In this document: positions 1 through 11,278 of the stretch, piece after piece
Numbering within the stretch: position 1 is the stretch's first letter
Layout of the letters: each line of letters begins with the position of its first letter
From: Chiloscyllium plagiosum
Taxonomy: Eukaryota
Assembly (NCBI RefSeq): GCF_004010195.1
Contig: NC_057749.1
Location: 11,259,523 to 11,305,421, forward strand
DNA: 45,899 bases
Direction of reading: 5' to 3'
The notes under the pieces: generated by a model
What the model was told of the DNA's origin: nothing
The model's database searches: none
What the model saw: the letters and a program-made list of their open reading frames with translations, nothing else
Translations under genes and position numbers: made by a program

Positions 1-1110
1 GCACCTTTCCACAATCTGTTTCCCCATCTGTTTCTCCACATCTCTGCTGCTATTGGGGGGGCTATAGTAAACACCCAACAAGGTGACTGCACCTTTCCTA
101 TTTCTGACTTCAGCCCATACTACCTCCAGAGGCAGATCCCCCTCAAACTTCCTTTCTGCATTTCTAATTAGCAATGCCACCCCCCCTCCTTTTTTCCCAC
201 TCTCCCTAATCTTACTGAAACACCTGTAACCAGGGACCTCCAACAGCCATTCCTGTCCCACATCTATCCACGTTCCGTGATGGGCACAACATCGTAGTCC
301 CAGGTACCGATCCACGCCTTAAGTTCACCCACCTTATTTCTGATACTCCTTGCGTTGAAGTATACGCACTTGAGCCCATCTCTGTGTCCGCAAGTAGTCC
401 CTGTCAGTGCTACCTTCTCCACAGCCTCCCTACAGTCTTGGGCATCCTGACACACAGCTAACCTACTTGCTGGACTACAAGTCCGGATCCCATCCCCCTG
501 CCAAATTAGTTTAAACCCCCCCGAAGAGTGCTAGCAAACCTACCTCCCAGATATTGGTGCCCTTTTGGTTCAGGTGCAACCCGTCCTGCTTGTACAGGTC
601 CCATCTTCCCCAGATTGCAGTCCAATTGTCCAAATATCTGAAGCCCTCCCTCCTAGACCATCCTTGCAGCCATGTGTTCAACTGCACTTTCTCCCTATTC
701 CTTGCCTTACTGTCACATGGCACCGGCAACAACCCAGAGATGACGACTCTGTCCGTCCTAGCTTTTAGCTTCCTGCCTAACTCCCTGAGCTCCTGAATGA
801 CCTCCCACCCCTCTTCCTACCTATGTCGTTGGTGCCAATGTGCACCATGACTTCTGGCTACACACCCTCCCCCTTGAGGATTCTGAAGACACGGTCCGAG
901 ACATCTCGGACACTGGCACCCGGGAGGCAACAAACCATCTGAGAGTCTCGCCCATGTCCACAGAACAACCTGTCTGTCCCTCTAACTATAGAGTCTCCTA
1001 TAACTCGCGCTCTCCACCTCTCCCCCTTTCCCTTCTGGGCCTCAGAGCCGGACCTCGTGCCAGAGACCCGGTCACTGCAGCTTACCCCTGCTAGGCCGTC
1101 CCCAATGGCA
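1..1110 (-). mobile_element. CR1-clade LINE fragment (ORF1 SGNH-esterase and start of ORF2 endonuclease), decayed
   Basis: ORFs QLNTWLQGWSRREGFRYLDNW...DGLHLNQKG and LKCVYFNARSIRNKVGELKAWIGTWDYDVV. Confidence 0.85.
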
Positions 1111-1117
1111 GTACCTC

Positions 1118-2123
1118 ACACCTGATGACCCCAGGTTTTTACGTGATGGAGAGCGACCATTGCTCCCATCTGCCCAGTTTCTGCCTCACTTTACTGATTG
1201 TCAGTGCAGTCTCAATCAATGTTGGTGTAGAGCAGTCTGATCCAATTGCACATTCCCTCCCCAAGGCCCATTTTGGAGAGAACATCTCTCATATACCTGT
1301 GTGATATCCTGTCAAAGGCTTTCTCCTGGTCCAGGCTGATGAGGCAGGTATCTAACCCTCTGTCCTGCACGGTGGCGATCGTATCCCTGAGGAGTGCGAG
1401 ACTCTGTGATCTTCCTGTCCGGTACAGCACAAGTTTGGTCAGGGTGAATCACCGACCCCAGAGCAGACCTGAGCAGGTTGGTGATGACCTTTGACAAGAT
1501 TTTGTAATCCACATTTAACAGTGAGATTGATCTCCAATTTCTGATTTCCTCCCTCACCCCCTTACGCTTGTAGATGAGGGTGATGATGCCTTTCCTCATG
1601 GATTCACTCATAGTACATGCCAGAAGCATACTGACAAACACCTCCCCCAGGTCCTGGCCAATCAAGTCCCACAGAGCAGAATAGAACTCGACCAGTAAGT
1701 TGTCGCTTCTGGGAGTTTTATTCTTTTCGAAGGACTCTAGGGCCTTGGTCAGCTCGTCCAGAGATAGTGGCTGGTCCAGCATCTCCCATGTCCTGTCATC
1801 TAAGACCTCCGTGATAGAGGACAGGAATGACTGGGAGGCCGCGCTGTCAGTTGGCTTTGTGTCATACAGATTGGCATAGAGGGATTTGTTGATCCTCATG
1901 ATGTCAGCCTGAGATGATGTTACCGAGCCATCTTCCTTCAGGCTGCTGAGCACGGACCTCTCTTTGTGCACCTTCTGGAAGAAGAAAGGTGAGCACGTCT
2001 CGTCCTGCTCCACGGAGCGGACCCTGGACTGGAATATTATCTTGGAGGCCTCCAAGGCAAAGAGCAAGGCTTGCTGGCCCTTCACCTCCTGGAGGTCCTC
2101 CATGACATCGACCCCCATCATCT
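1118..2123 (-). mobile_element. Tx1/L1-clade non-LTR retrotransposon RT fragment, frameshifted and internally deleted
   Basis: GIITLIYKRKG...NWRSISLLNVDYKILSK...IHPDQTCAVP and SLDQEKAFDRISH...MGLGEGMCNWIRLLY. Confidence 0.85.
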
Positions 2124-3409
2124 AAGAGAATGAAAGGTTATCAGGGGTAGCAGGAATGCAGATTTAACATTATTTCATGGCCACAGCAGGCTCAAGGGGC
2201 CTACTCCTGCTTCTCATTCAGGGATGTATGTTCATATATTTAAAACCACACAGATCATCACCAGACTCCTATCACTCAGCCAAAAACACTCATGCTGTTA
2301 TTGTCCTCTTTGTTTCATAAGCTTCAATTTTAATAAATACCTTTTGGCAAGTTCATGTACATCACATGAACTTCTATTTTAATGAGGGCAAGTAAAAACC
2401 AGTGGCTTTTAACAATTCTGCATTGTCTTTAATTAATCCACATATTTTGCCAAGGCTTTTTTTCTACAAACACTCATCAATATTGGTAAATTGACTGATC
2501 TGACTGAATGCTTGAGTTCTGAAGTAATGCCCCCTCCACATACATCCACATTTTAAAACCTGAAATCCTGGGGACTAACAAACATTTTAAGTGGGAATAT
2601 CAATTAAGATGGTGTACTAAATTAGACACAGGTTCATGTATCAGCTTTGTTCACCAAGTCCACTTTTCAGGGAAAGCACGGTCGAGGAGCACCATACAAT
2701 AATTAATGTTGTACTGAAAGCAATAGACAATCTGTACACATTTTTGTTGCATTTCTCTTTTACAAGTGTCATAGAATTTGTCAGCAAGTTGCCAGATACT
2801 CATGAAAACTGTCCATTATATAATTTCCTATATGCAGTTATAATGTCCCCCACACTACAAGGTACCATGCACTATAATCCAGAAACCCAGAGCACAGGAT
2901 GACAAGAGTCAGAAGTGCAGCCCCAAAACAGATGTGTTTTCATAACACTTGTAGATTAAATACATAAAGCATTAGAACTCAAGAACAGCCAGCCAAGGTT
3001 GCAGCCAGAAACAGATTAACAAAGCCACGGCATTTATACCTGGTTCCAAATTCCCAGCAGAGATGTCAACCTGGAGACACTTACATGCCAAAGACTCTAA
3101 TACCTTCTCCTTTCCCATCCCCTCCAGAAAAGCATACAATTGATTAGACCAACAAATCACCATAATGTTAACATACAAAGCAACCAGTGCCAGTGGAAAC
3201 TGAGTGGCTAAGCAAATTGCTCTTTAGTTTGGAGACCAGGAATAGGGCACCTTAAAAGCAAGATACATCAACTCAGAAGTCTCCATGCTGCAAAGATGTA
3301 ACCTTTTTTCATTGAAGTCAATAAAAATGCTCCCAAGATCAATAATTTCTCCCACAAAGGGAGGGTGGAAGGAATGTTAAATAAGAGGCACAGCACTCTA
3401 TTGAACACT

Positions 3410-4480
3410 TTTTTATTCACTTATGGGTCATGAACATTGCTGGCTAACCAGTGTTTTTACTTTCCATCCTTAGCTGCCTTTTTGGACTGCTGCAGTTCAC
3501 ATGCTGTAAGTTGACCCACAATGCCCTTGAGGATGGAATTCCACGATTTTGACCCAATGACAATGAAGGAACAGTGATATATTTCCAAGTCATGGGATGG
3601 TGAGGGGTGCAGGCGGTGTGTTCCCATGCATCTGTTGCCTTGTCCTTCTAGATGGAAGTGATCATGAGTTTGGAAGGTGCTGTCTAAGGATCTTTGGTGA
3701 ATTTCTGCAGTGCATCTTGTAGATAATACACACTGCTGCTACGGGTGTCAGTGGTGGAGACAGTGGATGCATGTGGATGTGGTGCCGATCCATCAGGCCG
3801 GTTTGACCTGGATGGTGTCAAGGTAGTTCAGTGCTTTTGGAGCTGCACCCATCCAGGCAAGTCCAGACCTGTGCCTTTTAGATGGTGGACAGGCTCTGGG
3901 GAGTCAGGAGATGAGTTACTTGCTGCAGTATTCTTAGTCTCTGAACTACTCATAAAGTCAGTGTTTTTGGGACGAGTCCAGTTGTTTCTGGTTAATGGTA
4001 ACCCCAAGGATGTTGATACTATGGATTCAGTAGTAGTAACACCATTGAATGTCAAGGGGTGGTGATTAGATTGTCTCTTATTGGAGATAGTCATTGCTGG
4101 CATTTGTGTGGTATGAATGTTGTTTGCCACTTGTCAGATATTGTCTAGATCTTGCTGTATTTGAACATGGACTGCTTCAGTTGGACTACTTCTGCCCCTT
4201 TAAGGTCATACCAATGTGGTACCAATCATATAGCGTGATGTATAATGGTTGGTTCAATGCTGAGTTATACTTTCTAACCCAGGAAGAGTGATATATTTCC
4301 AGGTCAATCTGGTGACTGGCTTAGAGGAGAAATTACAGGTGGTGGTGTTCCCATATATCTACTGTCCTTGTCCTTATGATGAAATTGATCACACTCCTGA
4401 CTTGTGCCTTGTGGATTGGCTTTGGGAAGTCAGATGTTGAGTTGATCGCTGCAGTATATCCTAGCCTCTGACCTGCTCTA
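3410..4480 (-). mobile_element. Decayed L2/CR1-like LINE 3' fragments (family sharing its tail with the SacSINE1-like SINE)
   Basis: Tail ttttttattcac...gctggctaacc and body segments similar to 26527-26862 and 34660-34962; RT C-terminal peptide HHPLTFNG...SLGL. Confidence 0.6.
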
Positions 4481-7400
4481 TTGCTATTGTATAAATTCAG
4501 GGAGCTAGGGTGCAAGCTTAGAGCTAGAACAAACAGAGTTGTTACCTCTGGTTTGTTACCCGTGCCACTTGCTAGCAAGGTGAGGAATAGGGAGAGAGAG
4601 CAGTTGAACACGTGGCTACAGGGATGGTGCAGGAGGGAAGGATTCGGTTACCCGGATAATTGGGGCTCATTCTGGGGTAGGGGGACCACTACAAACAGGA
4701 TGGTTTACACCTGAACCAGAGGGGTGCCAATATCATCCGGGGGAAATATGCTAATGCTCTTCGGCAGGGGGATGGGAACCATTGTACAAGAGGTTGGGAG
4801 GAGTGAGGTCATAAATAAGGTTTCAAGGTTGCAAGAGTGTACCGGCAGGCAGGAAGGTGGTTCGAAGTGTGTCTACTTCAACATCAGGAGCATCTGGAAT
4901 AAGGTGGGTGAACCTGCATCATGGGTTGGTAACTGGGACTTCAATGTTGTGGCCATTTTGGAGACATGGATAGAGCAGGGACAGGAATGGTTGTTGCAGG
5001 TTCCAGGATTTAGATGTTTCAGTAAAAACAAGGAAGGTGGTAAAAGAGGGGGAGGTGTGGCATTTATAGTCAAGGACAGTATTATGGTGGCAGAAAGGAC
5101 ATTTTATGAGGACTCATCTACTGAGGTAGTATGGCTGAGGTTATAAACAGGAAAGGTCACCCTGTTGGGAGTTTTCTATAGGCCTCCGAAAGGTTCCACA
5201 GGTGTGGAGGAAAGGGTTGCAAAGGTGATTCTGGTTAGGAATGAAATTAACAGGGTAGTTATGAGGGGGATTTAACTTTCCAAATATTGACTGGAAACGC
5301 TATAGTTTTGAGTATTTTAGATGGGTTAGTTTTTGTCCAATGTGTGCAGAAGGGTTTCCTGACACAGTATGTAGACAGCCCAACAAGGGGCAAGGCCACA
5401 TTGAATTTGATACTGGGCAATGAAATAGGCCAGGTGTTAGATTTGGAGGTAGGTGAGCACTTTGGTGATAGTGACCACAATTTGGTTATATTTACTTTAG
5501 CGATGGAAAGGAATAGGTATATACAGAGGAACCTCGATTATGGGCGGGCAGTATTTCGTTTGAATAATTGATTATTTGGTTAATCGATTCAATGCCTTTT
5601 CTCTGGAGCTCAGAGCTTTCTGTTAAGTCTGCTCTCCTGTTCAGGAGATTAGGCAGCAGCACACCACAAGCATGCCCCTGCCACCGCAACCACACACACC
5701 CCCGCCACCAGCAGACCCCCCCACCCAACCCCATGACCCACCCCCACCCCATTCGCGCCCCTCTCTCCCATCTGACCCGGCCACCCTGCCTTCCAACCCC
5801 CCCATGTGCCCCTGCCCCGTCAGCCCACTATCTGCCTACACTCCTCCCTCTGGGGCAGCCAGAATGGACACATTAAGACTGCTGCTGCTTTTGGGGAGGG
5901 TGAGTCTCAAAATAGAACACACACATACATCTTTTTATTGCAACTTTTTGACAAGTTCCACCTCTGTCCTGTGTAGAACTCCAGGGTAAGTGTGGGGAGA
6001 GACAGGTAGCGAGAGCGCGAGAGCGAAAGACAGAGAGAGAGAGAGAGAGAGACTGTTTCTCAGAAGCATTTCAGTAAGCCGGGTTCATTTTTAATCATTG
6101 GAAACAAAAGACGCGATCAGTGTTGGAAACACGTCTTTGATGTAATATTTCTATCCGGACCTTGAGATCTTCTTCAGATAACCTGAAATTCGGATAATTG
6201 ATATTTGGATAATCGAGGTTCCTCTGTACCGCAGGGTAAGAGCTATAGCTAGGGAAAAGGCAATTATGATGCAATTAGGAAAGATTTAGGATGCATAGGA
6301 TGAGGAAGAAAACTGCAGGGGATGGGTGCAATTGAAATGTGGAGCTTATTCAAGAAATAGCTACTGCGAATCCTTGATAAGTATGTGCCTGTCAGGCAGG
6401 GAGGAAATGGTCAAGCGAGGGAGCCATGGTTTTACTAAAGAAGCTTAATCTCTTGTCAAGAGGAAGAAGAAGGCTTATGTAAAGATGAAACATGAAGGCT
6501 CAGTTAGGGCACTTGAGAGTTAAAAGTTAGTCAGGAAGGACCTAAAGAGAGAGCTAAGAAGAGCCAGGCGGAGGCATGAGAAATCTTTGGTCGGTAGGAT
6601 CAAGGAAAACCCTAAAGCTTTCTACAGATATATCAGGAATAAAAAGAATGACTAGAGTAAGATTAGGGCAAGTCAAGAACATTAGTGGAAGGTTGTGAAT
6701 GGAGCCCAGGGAGATAGGAATATCTTTTATCAGCATTCACACTGGAAAAAGACACTGTCAATGAGGATACTGAGATACAAGTTTAGACAAGACGGGATTA
6801 AGGTTCATAAGGAGGAGGTGTTAGCAATTCTGGAAAGTGTGAAAATAATTAAGTCCCCTGGACCGGATGGGATCTATTCTAGGACTCTCTGGGAATCTAG
6901 GGAGGATACTGCAGAGCCTTTGGCTTTGATCTTTACATCGTCATTGTTTACAGGAATAGTGCCAAAAGACTGGAGGATAACAAATGTCCCCTTGTTCAAG
7001 AAGGGGAGGGGAGACGACCCTGGTAATTATAGACCAGTGAACCATACCTCAGTTGTTGGTAAAGTGTTGGAAAGGATAATTGATAGGATTTACAATCATC
7101 TGGAAGGAATAATTTGATTAGGGATAGTCAACATGGTTTTGTGAAGGGTAGGTCGTGTGTAACAAACATTGAGTTCTTTGAGAAGGTGACCAAACAGGTG
7201 GATGAGGGTAAAGTGATTGATGTGGTGTATATGGATTTCAGTAAGACATTTGATATGTTCTCCATGGTAGGCTATTGCACAAAATACGAAGGTATGGGAT
7301 TGAGGGTGATTTAGCAGTTTGAATGATAAATTGGCTAGCTGAAAAAAAACAGAGGGTTTTGGTTGATGTTCATGCTGGAGTTCAGTTACTAGTGGTGTAC

Positions 7401-7830
7401 TGCAAGGAGCTATTTTGGGGCCACTGCTATTTGTAATTTTTATAAATGACCTGGATGAGGGAGTAGAAGGATGGGTTAGTAAATTTGCAGATGACACTAA
7501 AGTCAGTGGAATTGTGGACAGTGCTGAAGGATGTTGTGGGTTACAGAGGGACATAGATAAACAGCAGAGCTGGGCTGACAGGTGGCAAATACAGTTTTAT
7601 GCAGAAATGTGTGTGATCATTCACTTTGGAAGGAATATAGAGTACTGGGCTAATGGTAAGATTCTTGGTGATGTGGATGAGCACAGAGATCTCGGTGTCC
7701 AAATACATAGATCCCTGAAAATTGCCACCCAGGTCGATAGGATTGTTAAGAAGGCGTGTGTTCGGTTTTATTGGTAGAGGGATTGAGTTTCGGAGCCACG
7801 AGGTCATATTGCAGCTGTACAAAACTCTGG
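4481..7830 (+). mobile_element. CR1 LINE (ORF1 end, endonuclease, RT), decayed and interrupted by a MITE
   Basis: VYFNIRSIWNK...ETW...GGGVA; KSPGPDGI...NYRPV; SQHGFVKGRSC; LFVIFINDLD...KFADDTK. Confidence 0.9.
5524..6226. mobile_element. Non-autonomous Tc1/mariner (Tigger/pogo-like) DNA transposon (MITE)
   Basis: Perfect 17-bp TIRs CAGAGGAACCTCGATTA (5524-5540) and TAATCGAGGTTCCTCTG (6210-6226); TA duplication at 5522-5523 and 6227-6228; host CR1 rejoins across it; internal (GA)n. Confidence 0.9.
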
Positions 7831-7909
7831 AGGTCCCTGGATGGAGATGGAGGGGTTTGGGAACTCGTGGATGGAGATGGAGGGGTCTAGGAACTCATGG
7901 ATTTAGACC

Positions 7910-9075
7910 AACTCAACACTCACATTTTTTTACAAACCCATCGACTCCCACAGCGACCTGTATTACACCTCCTCCCACAAAAATGCTATCCCGTATTCCC
8001 AATTCCTCCGCCTCCGCCACATCTCCTCCCAGGAGGACCGGTTCCACCATAGAATACACCAGATAGCCTCCTTCTTTAAAGACTGAAATTTCTCCTCCCA
8101 CGTGGTTGAAGATGCCCTCCAATGCATCTCATCCATGTCTCACACCTCTGTCCTCACATCCCACCCCTCCAACTGCAACAAAGACAGAATCCCCTGGTCC
8201 TCACATTCCGCATAAATCGCATCATCTGCCGACATTTCTGCCACCTACAAATGGGCCCCACCACCAGAGATATATTTCCCTCCCCACCCCTATCTGCTTT
8301 CCGCAAAGACCATTCCCTTTGCGACTACCTGGTCAGGTCCACACCCTCTAACAAGCCACCCTCCTGGCACCTTCCTCTGCCACTTCAGGAATTGCAAAAC
8401 CTGCACCCACAACTCCCCCCTTACCTCTGTCCAAGGCCCCTAAAAGAGCCTTCCACATCCATCAAGGTTTCACCTGCACTTCCACCCATGTCATTTATTA
8501 TATCCGTTGCTCCCAATGCGGTCTCCTCTACATTGAGGAGACTGGACGCCTTCTCGCAAAGAGAACATCTCCAGGACACCCACACCAATCAACCCCATCG
8601 CCCCGTGACCGAACATTTCAACGCCCCCTCCCACTCTGCTGAGGACATGCAGGTCCTGGGCCTCCTCCATCACTACTCCCTCACCACCAGACGCCTGGAG
8701 GAAGAACACCTTATCTTCCACCTCATGACCCTTCAACCCCATGGCATCAATGTGGACTTCACTAGTTTCCTCATTCCCCACCTTACCCCAGTTCCAACTT
8801 TCCAGGTCAGCACCGTCCTCATGACCTGTGCCAACTGTCAATCATCCTTCCCACTGATCCACTCCACCCTCCTCTCAAACCTATCACCTTCACCCCCACC
8901 TCCATTCACCTATTGCACTCTCAGCTACATTCTTCCCTGCCACACCCCCTCCCATTTATATCTCCACCCCGAAGAGTCCCAGCCGCATTCCTGATGAAGG
9001 TCTCTGGCTGAAAATGTCCATTTTCCTGCTCCTCAGATGCTGCTTGACCTGCTGTGCTTTTCCAGCAACACACTG
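7910..9075 (+). mobile_element. Penelope-like element 3' part (RT C-terminus, GIY-YIG endonuclease, pseudo-LTR), decayed
   Basis: Broken frames read YKPxDSH...NAIPYSQFLRLRHIS, FTCTSTHVIYYIRCSQCGLLYIEETG, REHL...HFN...EEHLIF; tail CTGATGAAGGG...GAAA. Confidence 0.85.
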
Positions 9076-9079
9076 ATCT

Positions 9080-10310
9080 TATTGAATATGACTATAAGTT
9101 GCTTCAGTATCTGAGGTGTTGCAAACATTCCCAATTCTGACCTTATGATGGAGGGAAGCTCATTATGAAGCAGTTGATGATGATTAGGCTTGGGACACTA
9201 CCTTCTGGAACTCTTGCAGAGATATCCTGGAGCTTAGATGATTGATCTCCAACAATCACAACCATCTTCCTCCGTGCCAAAGAAGACTCCAAACAGCAGG
9301 TGATTACAATTTAGCTAGGACTCCTTGATACCACACTCGATCGGACATGGTCTTGACATCGAAGGCTCTCACTCTCACCTCCTCTCTGGAATTCAGCTCT
9401 TGTAATGAGGTCAGGAGCTGAATGGCCCTGGCAGAACCCAAACTGGATATCCATGAGCAAGTTATTGCTAAGCAGGTGCTGTGTGATAACTGTTGATGAC
9501 ACCTTCCATCACTTCACTGATGATTGATAGTGGTAATTAGCTGGCTTGGATTTGTCCTACTTCGTAGGTCATGCATATACATTAGGAACTTTCCCCATTG
9601 TTAGATAGATGCCAGTGTTGCATCTGTACTGGAAGAGGTCAGCTGGGGAGCAGCAAGTTCTGGAGCACAAGTCTTCAGTATTATTGCCTGAATGATGTTA
9701 GGGTCAATAGCCTGAGCAATATCTAATATCTTCAACCATTTCTTGATATACAAATTGAATTGGCTGAAGACTGGTATCTGTAATGCTGGAAACTACTTGA
9801 AGAGGCAGACATGACTCATCTGGGAACAGAAAACAGAATTAACATTTCAGTACAGTGACCCTTCTCGACAACTGATTTCCAGCATCCGCAGTTCTTTAGT
9901 TTTTTTGAGATGGATCATCCTCTTGTCATTGAGGATGGGGTATTTGTGGAACGTGCTCCTCCAAGTTGCTCAATTGTCCACCACAGTTTACTCATTCCCC
10001 TTCACCACCATTTACGACTTATGTGGCAGAACTGCAGAGCTTGGATCTTATCTGTTGGCTGCAGGATCATTGAGGTCTGTCCATCACTTTTTGCTTATGC
10101 TATTTGGTATGCAAGTAGTCCTGTTTGATAACATTATCAGGTTGACACCTCATTTTAGGTATTCATGGTGCCTCTCCTGTCACATTCTTCTGCATTCTCC
10201 AATGAACCAGAGTTGATCCCCTGGCTTGATGGTAATGATTGAGTGTGAGGTACGCTGGACTTTAAGGTTGTAGATTGTGCTGGAGTACAATTCTGCTGCT
10301 GTTGATGATG
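9080..10310 (-). mobile_element. L2/CR1-like LINE internal fragments (RT and endonuclease), decayed
   Basis: HLLSNNLLMDIQFGFCQGHSAPDLIT RT segment; short Penelope-type scrap near 9825-9900. Confidence 0.65.
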
Positions 10311-10332
10311 CATTCTAGAGCTCAGAGTGATT

Positions 10333-10705
10333 AGGAGATAGTGAGGACTGCAAATGCTGGAAAGTTAGATTTGATAAAAAGAGGTGCTCAAAAAAGCACA
10401 GCAAGTCAGGCAGCATCCAAGGAGCAGGAGAGTCAACTTTTCAGGCAGGACCCTTCATCAGGACTGGGGAGGGGGAAAGAGAACTGAGAGATAAATGGTG
10501 GGGGTGGGGGTGGGGGTGGGGGTGGGGTAGGCTAAGTGGGATGGTGATAGATGGATGCAGGTGGAAGGTGATTGTAATAGGTTAGTGGGAAGGGTGGAAC
10601 AGAGAGGTGGGAAAGAAGATGGAGAGGTAGGTCAGGTCAGGAGGGCAGTGCCAAGACATTCTGGGCCTCCTCCACTGCCTAAACTGGAGAAAGAGCACCT
10701 CGTCT
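10333..10705 (-). mobile_element. Penelope-like element terminal-repeat fragment with degenerate hammerhead core and (GGGGGT)n tract
   Basis: Reverse-complement similarity to 8800-9075; CTGATGAAGGGTCCTGCCTGAAA on the minus strand at about 10438-10461. Confidence 0.7.
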
Positions 10706-11044
10706 CAAGACCAAATCAAATGTATGTCTCACACACTAGGCCATCAGAAGCCAAGAAACCAGAGAACTGCACAAAATCATGGGACATTTTATTCAATAAA
10801 AACAAACCTTGGTTTTTGGTTCTGTAATTACATTTACCTTTATTTCCTTCACGCAATGGTACTGAGAGCATCAGCTATGAAAGTGATTTCCACAAGTCCC
10901 TGAATCTTTGTTAGTTATAGCTAAAAATTTATATTTCACAGAGTTTCATTAAACTACAGATAAATACTAAAATTGGATTAACTATGTTTCATACTTGTAC
11001 AGAATTCTTTCCAGTCCAGAACATGAACATTGAAGCTTTAATTA

Positions 11045-11050
11045 TTTATT
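11045..11050 (-). terminator. Candidate polyadenylation signal AATAAA of the ThrRS gene (alternatives at 10839-10844 and 10788-10793)
   Basis: TTTATT on the + strand about 80 nt downstream of the stop, in AT-rich unique sequence. Confidence 0.5.
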
Positions 11051-11129
11051 TTAAATAGCTCCTAATGATAGGTTTCTCTCAATGTTTTTCACTGTTGACA
11101 ATCATCCATTAAACATAAAGGATGGAAAG

Positions 11130-11278
11130 TTAAAATTCCTCTTCGGCCCTAATTTTACGCATTTGCTGCAGACACTTCATTTTCTCTATAGTTGCAGCCA
11201 AAGAGTGTTCACCATGTACCTTGCTGTCTCTTGTTTGGACAGTCACCGAACGATTTACTTTTTCCTTTTCCCCGACCA
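11130..11278 (-). CDS. TARS: ThrRS last coding exon: [48 protein letters not shown]
   Basis: ctgtag| acceptor, phase matches (G+TG = Val), TAA stop at 11132-11130; vertebrate ThrRS C-terminus AEEEF. Confidence 0.95.

Noticed and set aside
1312..2121. 269-aa RT ORF as an active or domesticated retroelement gene
   Set aside because: Frameshifted at about 1400, truncated on both sides and lacking the catalytic YADD region.
8122..8994. 290-aa ORF, the longest in the window, as a novel gene
   Set aside because: It drifts in and out of the frame of a decayed Penelope RT/GIY-YIG region; no independent gene structure.
10497..10528. (GGGGGT)n G-quadruplex as a regulatory element
   Set aside because: Lies inside a Penelope fragment as an expanded simple repeat; no support for function.
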